Shown here: piece by piece, positions 16,044 through 25,534 of the stretch
Layout: every line of letters starts with the position of its first letter
Numbering within the stretch: the first letter of the stretch is position 1
Assembly (NCBI GenBank): GCA_039000165.1
Contig: JAWBTW010000004.1
Coordinates: forward strand, 4,228 to 32,370
From: Candidatus Aenigmatarchaeota archaeon
GTDB lineage: Archaea > Aenigmatarchaeota > Aenigmatarchaeia > CG10238-14 > SCSR01
DNA length: 28,143 nucleotides
Direction: 5' to 3'
Translations under genes and position numbers: made by a program
Notes under the pieces: model-generated
What the model was told of the DNA's origin: nothing
Seen by the model: only the letters and a program-made list of their open reading frames with translations
The model's database searches: none

Positions 16044-17984
16044 ATGAAGTTTGTGATAAAAAAAGGAAATTTGTTCTTTCCTTCAAAGGAAATGAAAAAG
16101 ATTGCTTGGGTTAAGGACAAAAGAATTTACAAGCAAGTTGAAAAGAATCCTTTAAAATTTTGGGAAAACTTAGCAAAAGAACTTTTTTGGTTTGAAAAAT
16201 GGAAAAAAACTTTTCAACATGAAGCACCTTACTTCAAATGGTTCTTAGGAGGAAAAATCAACATAACTTCCAACATTTTTGAAAAAAACTTGCTTGGTTG
16301 GGAAAAAATTAAAGACAAAGTTGCGTTGATTTGGGAACCAGAACCTTTGGAAGAGAGACCAAGAGTTTTGACTTATGAAGAACTTTTTAAGGAAGTTTGT
16401 AAGCTAGCTAACGCTTTAAAAAAACTGGGAGTAAAAAAAGGCGATATAGTTGGAATTTATTTACCAATGATTCCAGAAACAATAATTTCTATGCTTGCTT
16501 GTGCAAGGATAGGAGCAGTTCATACAGTAATATTTTCTGCTTTTTCTCCTGAAGCCTTAAGGATAAGGTTGCAAATAACCGAAGCAAAATTTTTGATTAC
16601 TGCTGATGGCTATTACAGAAGAGGAAAAGTGATAAACCTAAAGCAAAGTGCTGATGAAGGAATAAAAGAAACTAAGGTTGAAAAGGTTATTGTTGTTAAA
16701 AGAGCAAAAAACGAAATTCCTTGGAACCCTGAAAAAGATGTTTGGCTTGAGGATTTGATTAAAGAAGCAAGCGATGAATGCGAACCAGAAAAAATGGACT
16801 CCGAAGACTTACTTTTTATCTTGTTTACTTCAGGAACTACTGGTACTCCAAAAGGAATAATTCATACTTGCGGAGGCTATACAGTACAAGCTTATTGGAC
16901 TGGTAAATGGATTTTTGACTTTCATGAAAAAGATATTTTATGGTGCACTTCAGACTTTGGTTGGATTACAGGTCATACTTATACTTGCTATTCTCCCTTG
17001 CTTAACGGGATAACAACTTTGATTTTCGAGGGAGCTCCGGATTATCCTACTCCTGACAGATGGGCCCAAATAATAGAAAAGCATAAAGTAACGATTTTTT
17101 ACACAGCACCAACTGCCATAAGAATGTTTGAGAAAATGAATGGAAGTATTGCTCAGAAGTATAAGTTTAAAACCCTTCGCTTATTAGGATCAGTGGGCGA
17201 AACTATAGATGAAGCAACATGGCTTTGGTACTTTAAGAATGTTGGTAAAGAAAAATGTCCAATAGTCGATACTTGGTGGCAAACGGAAACTGGCGGAGTT
17301 TTAATTTCATCCTTGCCAGGAATTGGCCCTTTCAAGCCTGGTTTTGTTGGCTTGCCTTTTCCAGGAGTAAAAGTTGAAATTCTTGATGAAAAGGGTAAAG
17401 TTTGCAAAAAAGGCCAGAAAGGAAATTTGGTAATTCTTTCACCATTTCCTCCTGGTATGTTAAGAGGAATTTATAAGGATGAAAAAAAGTACTTGGAAAC
17501 TTACTGGAGCAAGTATGGAAGTAAAATTTATTTTACAAGCGATGGTGCTTTTAAAGATGAAAACGGTTTAATAAGAATTATTGGAAGGGTTGACGATGTA
17601 ATAAAAGTTGCTGGTCATAGGATTACAACAGGAGAAATAGAAAATGCTTTAAACTCGCATGGTAGCGTGGTTGAGTCTGCTGTCGTTGGAGTACCTGATG
17701 AAATTAAAGGTGAAGTTCCTTTTGCTTTTGTTGTTCTTAAGCAGGGCTTTAAAGGCTCAAAAGAATTAGAAGAAGAACTAATAAAGCAAGTTGACAAAAA
17801 AATCGGGCCAATAGCAAAACCTGCAAGAATTGCTTTTGTTGAAGATTTACCAAAAACGAGAAGTGGAAAAATTGTTAGAAGAATTTTGAGAAATATTTTA
17901 AGAAATGAAGCCTTAGGAGACTTGTCAACTGTTGCAAACCCCGAAGCCATAGAAAAAATAAAAAAAGAATTGAAAGGAAGCTAA
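16044..17984 (+). CDS. acs: Acetate--CoA ligase (AMP-forming acetyl-CoA synthetase)
   Basis: FTSGTTGTPKG, GWITGHTY, DTWWQTETGG, GRVDDVIKVAGHR, LPKTRSGKIVRR; 646 aa. Confidence 0.95.
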   Translation: MKFVIKKGNLFFPSKEMKKIAWVKDKRIYKQVEKNPLKFWENLAKELFWFEKWKKTFQHEAPYFKWFLGGKINITSNIFEKNLLGWEKIKDKVALIWEPEPLEERPRVLTYEELFKEVCKLANALKKLGVKKGDIVGIYLPMIPETIISMLACARIGAVHTVIFSAFSPEALRIRLQITEAKFLITADGYYRRGKVINLKQSADEGIKETKVEKVIVVKRAKNEIPWNPEKDVWLEDLIKEASDECEPEKMDSEDLLFILFTSGTTGTPKGIIHTCGGYTVQAYWTGKWIFDFHEKDILWCTSDFGWITGHTYTCYSPLLNGITTLIFEGAPDYPTPDRWAQIIEKHKVTIFYTAPTAIRMFEKMNGSIAQKYKFKTLRLLGSVGETIDEATWLWYFKNVGKEKCPIVDTWWQTETGGVLISSLPGIGPFKPGFVGLPFPGVKVEILDEKGKVCKKGQKGNLVILSPFPPGMLRGIYKDEKKYLETYWSKYGSKIYFTSDGAFKDENGLIRIIGRVDDVIKVAGHRITTGEIENALNSHGSVVESAVVGVPDEIKGEVPFAFVVLKQGFKGSKELEEELIKQVDKKIGPIAKPARIAFVEDLPKTRSGKIVRRILRNILRNEALGDLSTVANPEAIEKIKKELKGS

Positions 17985-17985
17985 G

Positions 17986-18426
17986 CTATTTTTCTTTAAG
18001 CGTTAGAAAGGCGATTGCTGCAAGCAAATAGCCAATTGGTGGAATAATTATTGAAAGAATGCTTGCTGCTTTTAGCAAACCAGAGTTAAACTTTGTTCCT
18101 GCTTTCCATAGACCTATTAACTGAAGAATCGCATAAACTAGGGATAATAGTAACACCGGTGCAAGAACTAAAAAGTTCGAAAGTACTGCTGAAACATCCA
18201 AAATTCCAGCTGCCATTGCAAATATACTTCCCATTAGTGTTGCAAAAGCTAGAATCGAAGCTATTATAGCTAATATTGCAGAATAACCGACCCATTTCCA
18301 AAGGTTTTCGTTGTACTTATTCCCTAGTTTTATCCAACCTAATATCAAAAGAATTAAACCCACTATGTTCAACACTGGTATTATTGAAAGGATATATGCT
18401 ATCCCAAGAAGTTTCTTTTCTTCCAT
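17986..18426 (-). CDS. Membrane protein (DUF996/DUF973-like)
   Basis: Four to five hydrophobic helices; IVGLILLILG..KL...Y pattern; ends IAFLTLKE. Confidence 0.65.
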   Translation of the reverse strand: MEEKKLLGIAYILSIIPVLNIVGLILLILGWIKLGNKYNENLWKWVGYSAILAIIASILAFATLMGSIFAMAAGILDVSAVLSNFLVLAPVLLLSLVYAILQLIGLWKAGTKFNSGLLKAASILSIIIPPIGYLLAAIAFLTLKEK

Positions 18427-18463
18427 AATTATTTTTTTTGCTTCTATTTAAAAATTGCTAACC

Positions 18464-18471
18464 TTTAAATA
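18464..18471 (+). promoter_or_regulatory. TATA box of the SRP RNA gene
   Basis: TTTAAATA about 23 nt upstream of the RNA 5' end. Confidence 0.55.
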
Positions 18472-18494
18472 TTCCTTTGGGAAAATCAATTAAT

Positions 18495-18781
18495 GCAGGA
18501 GGCTAGGTCGCGGAGCTAGGCCTTCCGTGCTGCTGAAAAAAGCAGTGGCAAATGGTCTATATGGCCGACCGAAGCCTGAGGGCGGCATAAGTTTTCAGAG
18601 AGGTCCAAGCTTCCGACTGAGAAGCCTCGCCTTTCAGGGTGGGTAGCCTAACGAAACCGAGGAGGTCCGGAAGGAAGCACTCGTAAGTTAGGCTGTCTCA
18701 TGCTTGAAAGATACGGGGTGGAGAAGGAAGTTTGGAGCAACCTTTCTGGAAGCTTATGCCCACCGAAGGCGTGCCTCCTGC
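18495..18781 (+). ncRNA. ffs: Signal recognition particle (7S/SRP) RNA
   Basis: GC-rich island; terminal helix GCAGGAGGC/GCCTCCTGC; long helix 5 (GGCATAAG/CTTATGCC, TCCAAGCTTCC/GGAAGTTTGGA, AGCCTAAC/GTTAGGCT); helix 8 signature AGG-TCC-GGAA-GGA-AGCA. Confidence 0.93.
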
Positions 18782-18821
18782 AATTTCTAAAAATTTAAAT
18801 TTTAAAAAGGAATTAAGTGAT

Positions 18822-19571
18822 ATGGAAGACAGTCTAAAAATCATTTTAATCGCTATAGCTTTGCTCATTGTCTTTTCCGTTGCTTCAAACATCACTCTCA
18901 AATCAATAATCTTACCAAACATAACAGTAGGGGAAAGAACAAAAATAATATTAAGTAATGAGAGCGTTCTTAAAAGCTGGATGTACATACCTGCTGTTGA
19001 TTCTGAAGGAAACGGTGTTGTTACAAAGCTAATAGTTGAAGCAAAACCTGGAACAGGAAGAGTTTTGGTTGACATAAATCAGCTACTTTTCTGGGTTGAT
19101 ACTCAACACTCTATAAGAGTTGCTCAAAAAGTTGCTCAAAACTACACTAAGATAGATTTGTCTAACATAGATTTAATATATGCTATAGAAACAAATGCTT
19201 CTGTCATAGGTGGGCCATCAGCAGGAGCTGCTATGACGATTGCTACAATAGCTTTAATCGAAAATAAAACCTTAAATCAAAGTGTTATGATAACAGGGAC
19301 TATAAACTCTGATGGAAGTATTGGACCAGTAGGGGAAATAGTTGCAAAGGCTAAGGCTGCAAAAGACATAGGAGCCAAACTGTTTTTAGTTCCTTTAGGC
19401 CAAGCAATTCAAACTTATTACAAGCCGATAGAGCACTGCGAAAGGTTCGGACCAGTAACTTACTGTTCTACTGAATACAGACCAGAAAAAATAGATGTAA
19501 GCAAAGAAGTTGGAATTAGTGTTAAAGAAGTTAGTAATATTCAAGAAGCTTTACAATACTTTTTAATCTAG
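18822..19571 (+). CDS. Membrane-anchored S16 (Lon C-terminal) serine protease lacking an ATPase domain
   Basis: Start moved to ATG 18822 because the track start lies inside the SRP RNA; N-terminal TM; GGPSAGAA catalytic Ser; TGTINSDGSIGPVGEIVAKAKAA with dyad Lys. Confidence 0.88.
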   Translation: MEDSLKIILIAIALLIVFSVASNITLKSIILPNITVGERTKIILSNESVLKSWMYIPAVDSEGNGVVTKLIVEAKPGTGRVLVDINQLLFWVDTQHSIRVAQKVAQNYTKIDLSNIDLIYAIETNASVIGGPSAGAAMTIATIALIENKTLNQSVMITGTINSDGSIGPVGEIVAKAKAAKDIGAKLFLVPLGQAIQTYYKPIEHCERFGPVTYCSTEYRPEKIDVSKEVGISVKEVSNIQEALQYFLI

Positions 19572-19579
19572 GTGATACC

Positions 19580-20179
19580 ATGCAATACTTTTCGAAGGAA
19601 GAAATAAAAGATATAATAATTTCTGTCTTAGTTGTTTCGCTAATTTTCTCTTATAACGTTCGCGATCCAAAAAGAACTTTTGAGCTTTTTCCCTTTTATT
19701 TGATAATAGTTGTTCTTACTTTCCTTCTTCATGAACTGGCTCACAAAAGTGTTGCGAGGAAATTTGGCTGTTTATCCTTTTATAAAATGTGGACAACAGG
19801 GCTTTTAATCAGTTTAATTTTCATGCTTTTAGGTTTCAAATTCATAGTTCCTGGTGCTGTTGTAATCTATCCTTTCACTTTTGGAAGATGGGGGTTTAGA
19901 AGAATAAGGTTAACTGCTCAGGAAATTGGTTTAATATCGGTTAGTGGAATCTTGGTAAACATTTTTATCGCTTTAATTTCTAGACCTCTAGTTGGTTTGT
20001 TTTTTGTACAAAATTTTGATTTTTTCTTCGCTCTATCTTCTATCAACTCTTTCCTTGCTTTCTTCAACCTTTTACCAATTCCTCCCCTGGACGGAAGTAA
20101 AGTTATAGTATGGAAACTTTGGCTTTGGTTCTTCCTGTTTGTTATTTCTATAGGTTTATTTTTATCCTTCGCTTTCTAA
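19580..20179 (+). CDS. Site-2 protease (M50) zinc metalloprotease
   Basis: AGGTGA SD; LHELAHK; FNLLPIPPLDGSKV; multiple TM helices. Confidence 0.92.
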   Translation: MQYFSKEEIKDIIISVLVVSLIFSYNVRDPKRTFELFPFYLIIVVLTFLLHELAHKSVARKFGCLSFYKMWTTGLLISLIFMLLGFKFIVPGAVVIYPFTFGRWGFRRIRLTAQEIGLISVSGILVNIFIALISRPLVGLFFVQNFDFFFALSSINSFLAFFNLLPIPPLDGSKVIVWKLWLWFFLFVISIGLFLSFAF

Positions 20180-20216
20180 AGGTTATTATGTAGTGATGAA
20201 AGAATCAAGTGAGAAA

Positions 20217-21479
20217 ATGATTGTTATAGCAGACTTTCACCTTCATTCTCTTTATAGCAGAGCAACCAGCAAGCAAATGAACTTGGAAGGAATAAGTAAT
20301 GGTGCAAAAATAAAAGGTTTAAATCTTGTTGGAACCGGAGATTTTACTTTTAAAAAATGGTTTGATGAATTAAAGAAAAAGTTAAAACCAGTAGAAGACT
20401 CTGGACTGTTCGAGTATAACAAAACTCTTTTTATGTTAACAAGTGAAGTTGCGACATATTTTGAATTTGAAAGAATGATAAAGAGAGTACATCATGTAAT
20501 TCATGCACCAACCTTTGATGTTGTTGAACAAATAAATGAAGCTCTTTCAAAATTTGGCAGTTTAGCTTCTGATGGTAGACCTATTTTAAACTTGACTGCA
20601 GCAGAGCTTGTTGAAATTTTAATGCAAATTAGTAAGGATATTTTGATTTATCCTGCCCATGCTTGGACTCCTTGGATGTCTTGCTTAGGAAGTAGGTCTG
20701 GGTTTGATTCAATAGAAGAATGTTATCAGGATCAAACAAAAAATATCTTTGCTTTAGAAACAGGGTTAAGCAGCGATCCTGCTATGAACTGGAGGTTAAG
20801 CTCTTTAGATAAGTTTACTTTACTTAGCAACTCAGATTCGCATAGTCCGCATCCTTGGCGTTTAGGAAGAGAAGCGAATGTTTTTGATTTAGAAAAAGTA
20901 ACTTATTGGGAAATTCTTGACGCGATAAAGAAAAAAGATAAGAAAAGGTTTTTATATACTGTAGAGGTTGACCCAAACTATGGAAAATACCATTTCGACG
21001 GACATCGTAATTGCAGCATAAGTTTGCATCCTAAGGATGCTATAAAGTTAAATAACATTTGCCCAAAATGCAAAAGAAAATTAACTGTAGGAGTATTGCA
21101 TAGAGTTGAGGAATTGGCAGATAGGCCAGAAGGTTTTATTCCAAAAGATGCTATTCCTTTTAAAACTTTGTTGCCTTTGTATGAAATAATTTCTTTTGCT
21201 TGGGGCTCTGGAGAGCTTTATTCAAAAAAAGTTTTGGAAGAACATGATAAGCTAATAGAAAAATTTGGAAACGAGCTAAACGTTTTGCTTAACGTTCCAA
21301 AGGAAGAATTGTTAAAAGTTACTAACGAAAAGATTGCTGAAGCGATAATAAAAGTAAGAGAAGGGAAAATCAAGTATATTCCTGGATATGATGGAAATTA
21401 TGGAAAACCAATATTTGACGAAGGGGTTGAAATTAAAAGAGAAAAATTTCCTGTTCAGAAAAACCTTAAACAGTTTTAA
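20217..21479 (+). CDS. Endonuclease Q family PHP-domain protein
   Basis: ADFHLHSLYSRATS, GTGDFT, PAHAWTPW, ETGLSSD, SNSDSHS, GKYHFDGHRNC...CPKC...TVGV, PGYDGNYG; start likely ATG 20217. Confidence 0.88.
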   Translation: MIVIADFHLHSLYSRATSKQMNLEGISNGAKIKGLNLVGTGDFTFKKWFDELKKKLKPVEDSGLFEYNKTLFMLTSEVATYFEFERMIKRVHHVIHAPTFDVVEQINEALSKFGSLASDGRPILNLTAAELVEILMQISKDILIYPAHAWTPWMSCLGSRSGFDSIEECYQDQTKNIFALETGLSSDPAMNWRLSSLDKFTLLSNSDSHSPHPWRLGREANVFDLEKVTYWEILDAIKKKDKKRFLYTVEVDPNYGKYHFDGHRNCSISLHPKDAIKLNNICPKCKRKLTVGVLHRVEELADRPEGFIPKDAIPFKTLLPLYEIISFAWGSGELYSKKVLEEHDKLIEKFGNELNVLLNVPKEELLKVTNEKIAEAIIKVREGKIKYIPGYDGNYGKPIFDEGVEIKREKFPVQKNLKQF

Positions 21480-21575
21480 TTGTTTTCAAACAATAGAACA
21501 AACTCTTTTGTTTATGGTTTTTTTCGCATAAAAAATAATTAAATATAAAGTCAAAAAATATTATAGCAGGTTTAT

Positions 21576-22298
21576 ATGAAAAAAGGTATTTCAGTGGCAC
21601 TAGAAATTATTTTTATAGTTGTAATCTTGATAGTTGTTACTTTTATCATCATTAGATTTTTCACAGGAGTTGTTGGTCCATCTAGTTTACCGAACATACA
21701 AGATTTCAGAGAGGCTTATTATTATGAGAACCAAAAAAATTATTGCGAAAACCTATGTAATAGGTATATTCAAGGTGGTTGTAAAGATCAAGGCGCTGCA
21801 GCATCATATTGTTTACAACATGTTTCACTCAGCATAGATGGTAATAATGTTCTAGCAGAAAGAGGACATTATGGAATGATCACAAACTTACCCTACTGTG
21901 AAGATGGGTTGTATTGTTTCCACATATATGAGTGTAGTTGTGGATACTATAAGCTTGACGCAAGAGGTTGTCTTTTCCTCCTTCAGACCTATTATATGGA
22001 AGAAAATGGTTTTAACGAAACTATCACAAAATCTTTAATTTGTTCTAGCATTACTCCAGGTTCTTGTTGTCCTGAACCAACAACGTGCAACCCAAAAAAA
22101 TGGAAAATAAAACCAGAAGGTTTTAACGCAACAACTTATCCAGAAATAGACGCAACTCATTGGTGGGCAAATGCAGGATATAAAGAATATTGTGGCGAAA
22201 CCACATCTTCGGAAGGCTCAAGCAGCAGTCTTTCACTTCAGTGTAACGGTGGTGCTGGTACTATAGAATGCACGTGGGATGGTTGCTTGATGAGTTAG
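21576..22298 (+). CDS. Cys-rich protein with class III (archaeal pilin-type) signal peptide; C-terminus apparently interrupted
   Basis: MKKG|ISVALEIIFIVVILIVV; many Cys; Ser linker followed by the start of a further domain cut by TAG. Confidence 0.7.
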   Translation: MKKGISVALEIIFIVVILIVVTFIIIRFFTGVVGPSSLPNIQDFREAYYYENQKNYCENLCNRYIQGGCKDQGAAASYCLQHVSLSIDGNNVLAERGHYGMITNLPYCEDGLYCFHIYECSCGYYKLDARGCLFLLQTYYMEENGFNETITKSLICSSITPGSCCPEPTTCNPKKWKIKPEGFNATTYPEIDATHWWANAGYKEYCGETTSSEGSSSSLSLQCNGGAGTIECTWDGCLMS

Positions 22299-22491
22299 AG
22301 CGTACGTAAACTAGTTGCAATTAATGCAAATACAGGAGAAGAAAGAAGAATATATCCCTGCTACTGAGTTTGCCTCTACTCCTACTTTGGTTTTTTCAAA
22401 TTTAGCTCCTGGTACATATAATGTAGTACTTGTATGTTTTGAACCACCAGACCAACAATTTAAATCTGTTTTTGGCGTGAGTGTATCTTAA
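22299..22491 (+). pseudogene. Probable disrupted 3' remainder of the 21576 gene
   Basis: In frame after TAG: SVRKLVAINANTGEE; +1 frame continues EYIPATEFASTPTLVFSNLAPGTYNVVLVCFEPPDQQFKSVFGVSVS* (TAA 22489-22491). Confidence 0.55.
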
Positions 22492-22568
22492 AAAGCGACT
22501 TTTGTATCATTTGAGGTTATACATTCTCAATTTTATTTTTAAATACCATTAAGAATAGTAAAATTAGA

Positions 22569-22642
22569 GGGCCTGTAGTCTAACGGTAGGACGCCACCCT
22601 CACACGGTGGAGAAAGGAGTTCGACTCTCCTCAGGCCCACCA
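22569..22642 (+). tRNA. tRNA-Val(CAC), intronless, CCA encoded
   Basis: Acceptor GGGCCTG/CAGGCCC; anticodon arm CCACC-CTCACAC-GGTGG; T arm AGGAG-TTCGACT-CTCCT; ACCA end; TTTAAATA at 22538-22545. Confidence 0.97.
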
Positions 22643-22660
22643 TAACTTTTTGAAAAAATC

Positions 22661-22954
22661 TTAGACTTTCTTTCTTAACTCTTTTATAAAGCAGTACAGC
22701 AAAAACAAGAACAAGGCTGTTGAAGAAAAAAGAAAAGGTAACATAGGAACTGCTGGATAGAGCAAGAGATAAAATAAATCAGAATTAGATAAGAAAATTG
22801 CATACTCAAACAGAGACCAGGATGAAAAACCAAAAATAATTGAAAAAATCAGAAAAAATCTTCTATAATTCTTTGATAAAAAACTAAGTAAAAGAAGAGA
22901 GGCAGAAAATATAGATGAAGTTAAAGCCATACAAGCTATAACAATACTAAGCAT
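22661..22954 (-). CDS. Small 3-TM membrane protein
   Basis: Three hydrophobic segments; starts 2 nt after the upstream lipoprotein stop. Confidence 0.6.
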   Translation of the reverse strand: MLSIVIACMALTSSIFSASLLLLSFLSKNYRRFFLIFSIIFGFSSWSLFEYAIFLSNSDLFYLLLYPAVPMLPFLFSSTALFLFLLYCFIKELRKKV

Positions 22955-22956
22955 TT

Positions 22957-23805
22957 CTATCTCTCTGTTATCGTAATTGTTGGTGTTGTTTTTTCTTGAT
23001 AGTAATTGTACCTTACCGTTACTGTAACTAGGTAATCATTAAGTATTTCAATTTCATCAGGTTGAATTGCTGCCTCGCAGATTATTATTCCCATAGTTTT
23101 GCCAACTAAATCAACTGTTGGGTTAGTACCTTTACAAGCATCGTCGCTACTTTCAGAAAAAGTAAGACCTGGAGCTGAAATGTAAACGTCAACTTGATCC
23201 AAACCTTTCTCTTGCTCTGGGGTTCCACCTACTTTATAAGCTCTTCCGTCTCCTCTATTAGTTAGTATTATCTTGATATTCACCCTTCCTTCCTCATCTG
23301 GATAAACGTAAGAAGCGTCGCCTTCAAATTCTATCCTTATTGGCCCGCCTAAATCATTTGTTATTGATGACGAAACTAAACCTGGTTTTTCGTTAGTTGG
23401 TGTTCCATATTTTACAACTCTGTAACTCGCACTTCTATTGGTCTCTACCATATAATTAACTCTTGCGTGAATATTAGCACTTCTAGGTACAGAAGTTCTA
23501 ATATTCCATGTGAATATTCTTTCTCCATTAGGCTCTATCCTAGGTGCACTTTTTTCCCCGCCTAAATCCCATTCCACCGGACCGAAGAGTGCTGCTTTCA
23601 CGTCTCTTATAGGAAAGAGGGCTTTATTTGAAACAGTTAAAACAACTGAAATTGGTGTGTTTTTAGGAGCAGTAAGTGGAGTTACGTTCAAACTAACAGA
23701 AATTCTACCTCCAGTGACTGTTACATTCTGTGGAGGTTGACCGATACATCCTGAAAGAAATACGACAGTTAAAAGAGCGATTCCAACAATAATGTACTCT
23801 TTCAT
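22957..23805 (-). CDS. Lipoprotein with CARDB-like Ig domains
   Basis: Lipobox FLSGC; VLTVSNKA...IEPNGE; LTNRGDG; ends V.YNYYQ; paralogue of the upstream gene. Confidence 0.75.
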   Translation of the reverse strand: MKEYIIVGIALLTVVFLSGCIGQPPQNVTVTGGRISVSLNVTPLTAPKNTPISVVLTVSNKALFPIRDVKAALFGPVEWDLGGEKSAPRIEPNGERIFTWNIRTSVPRSANIHARVNYMVETNRSASYRVVKYGTPTNEKPGLVSSSITNDLGGPIRIEFEGDASYVYPDEEGRVNIKIILTNRGDGRAYKVGGTPEQEKGLDQVDVYISAPGLTFSESSDDACKGTNPTVDLVGKTMGIIICEAAIQPDEIEILNDYLVTVTVRYNYYQEKTTPTITITER

Positions 23806-23847
23806 TATCTCTCTATTTTCTAATTTGAAAAATTAATAATATAAAGT

Positions 23848-24723
23848 TTAACCCATAGGTTTAATCGTAAAGCTCTGAGTTCTAAAGAAAGTGTAAGTAT
23901 AGTTATAAGTTGCTTCGATTAAAACATCTAATTCCGAACCTTCAAAATCCTCTGATTTAAAGAAACAGTAAAGAGAATCAGAAGGATTGAGAAATAGTTC
24001 TTTAGTTGACTTATAAGAGTCATCAAAATGCGGACAAGGTGATGTTTTAGACAGTTTGTATACTGTTAAAACAATGTTACCTGCCGGAATTTTGGGAGTT
24101 TTTTTGTTCGTATAGGTTCCGATGTCAGTTAGTAACATCTCTACTTTGAATGGTATGGCTTTTTCTCCGTAACTTGCTTCTGCTAATTTAAATTCAAACT
24201 TAATAGGACCATCACCAAATTGAGTTGAAGAAAAACTAGCTAAAGGTTTTGTTAAAAGAGTTTTATCTATTATTGGAATTACAGCTTGCGCTTTTCTTGA
24301 AACATCATACTCAACAAAAAAGTTCACAGGTATTCCAGCTCCTGATGGTGGAACTATATCAGGAGCAAAAACTTCAAGTTTGACTTCTCTATCCTCTCCT
24401 GATTTCAAATTATAGAAAATGCATTCTGAATCTTTAATTTCAGCTTTATAACACTTTAAATTGTAATTTTTAAAGCCACCTAAGTTGAAAAATGTTAATT
24501 TTACTTTTTCGACAGTTTCTTTTCCCTTGTTTTTAACGGTAAACCTTAAAGTAGCTGAAGAGCCGTTATAGATTGTTGAATCTGAAATTTCATAATTCTC
24601 GATAACTATTATGTCTTTTACGTAAGGTGCTGTTTGATTAGTGGGTTGATTTATACATCCTGAAAGGAACACAGCTAAAAATAGAAAAAGTATTATAAAA
24701 ATTAATTCCACCATTTCTTTCAT
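23848..24723 (-). CDS. Lipoprotein with CARDB-like Ig domains
   Basis: Lipobox FLSGC; FTVKNKG...LKSGEDREV; GPIKFEF; ends ATYNYTY. Confidence 0.75.
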   Translation of the reverse strand: MKEMVELIFIILFLFLAVFLSGCINQPTNQTAPYVKDIIVIENYEISDSTIYNGSSATLRFTVKNKGKETVEKVKLTFFNLGGFKNYNLKCYKAEIKDSECIFYNLKSGEDREVKLEVFAPDIVPPSGAGIPVNFFVEYDVSRKAQAVIPIIDKTLLTKPLASFSSTQFGDGPIKFEFKLAEASYGEKAIPFKVEMLLTDIGTYTNKKTPKIPAGNIVLTVYKLSKTSPCPHFDDSYKSTKELFLNPSDSLYCFFKSEDFEGSELDVLIEATYNYTYTFFRTQSFTIKPMG

Positions 24724-24754
24724 AATTATTAATTTGTATCTCGATTTATTATTT

Positions 24755-25534
24755 ATGAATAGCTTTAACGAGTACCTTAAATTTCTTCTTAAGCCAGCAA
24801 TAGAAACAGGCTATACTTGGGATAAAACTTTGCTCTATGGTATAATTCTGATTGTAGCAGTCTTACTGATTTTTAAAATGCTTAAAAAACTTAAGGTTAA
24901 AGTTGATGGAAAATTTTCTTTAGCAATATTTCCTTTTGTAATTTTTGGTGGAGTTTTAAGAGTTTTGAGAGATTTAGGAATTCTAACTTCCTTTCTCTTT
25001 GCTACTCCTTACATTTATTTTTTAGTTGCTTTCATTACCATTTTAACTCTTCTCATTTCCTTACTTATAGAGAAAAAGTTCGGAATTTCTTACAGTAAAA
25101 TTGTTTTTTTAACTGGTTTTATTCTTTTTTCCTTAGCAATAGCGAAAATTCCCCAACTGGACTTAACTAGGGTATTTTATGTCCTAACTTTTTTCTTTCC
25201 ATTTCTTGCTCTTATTCTTGTTGTAAAATGGAAAAAAGAAAATAAGGCAGTAACTTTAATCCAAACTTTTGACGGAATCGTAACTTTTGTTTCTATAAAC
25301 TTTTTTGGCTACTCTGAACAACATGTTTTCCCAACTCTTTTAATTCAAACTTTTGGAAGTTTTACTTTTCCACTAATTAAAATAATAGCAGTAGTTATTG
25401 CTTTGGTTTTAATCGATAAATTTTTTGAAGATAATGAGTTAAAAAATTTTGTCAAGCTTTGCATAGCAATCTTGGCAGGAGGGACAAGCACAAGAGATTT
25501 TACTTGCCTACTTTCTTCTTGTTCACCTTCTTAA
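24755..25534 (+). CDS. DUF63 family archaeal membrane protein
   Basis: GYTWDKTLLYG, PFVIFGGVLRVL.D, TPYIYF, DG..TF, GYSEQHV.P, RD; start likely ATG 24755. Confidence 0.82.
   Translation: MNSFNEYLKFLLKPAIETGYTWDKTLLYGIILIVAVLLIFKMLKKLKVKVDGKFSLAIFPFVIFGGVLRVLRDLGILTSFLFATPYIYFLVAFITILTLLISLLIEKKFGISYSKIVFLTGFILFSLAIAKIPQLDLTRVFYVLTFFFPFLALILVVKWKKENKAVTLIQTFDGIVTFVSINFFGYSEQHVFPTLLIQTFGSFTFPLIKIIAVVIALVLIDKFFEDNELKNFVKLCIAILAGGTSTRDFTCLLSSCSPS

Noticed and set aside
18698..19075. 125-aa minus-strand ORF, and the 30-aa N-terminal extension of the 18732 ORF
   Set aside because: Both overlap the SRP RNA or lie antisense to the S16 protease; the real start is ATG 18822
22296..22298. TAG as programmed pyrrolysine readthrough or stop-codon reassignment
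   Set aside because: TAG ends several clear genes here (e.g. 19571, 27356, rps17e), and a frameshift would also be needed
22569..22642. tRNA-Val as an integration site for a mobile element
   Set aside because: No integrase or transposase in the window and no duplicated tRNA 3' end seen
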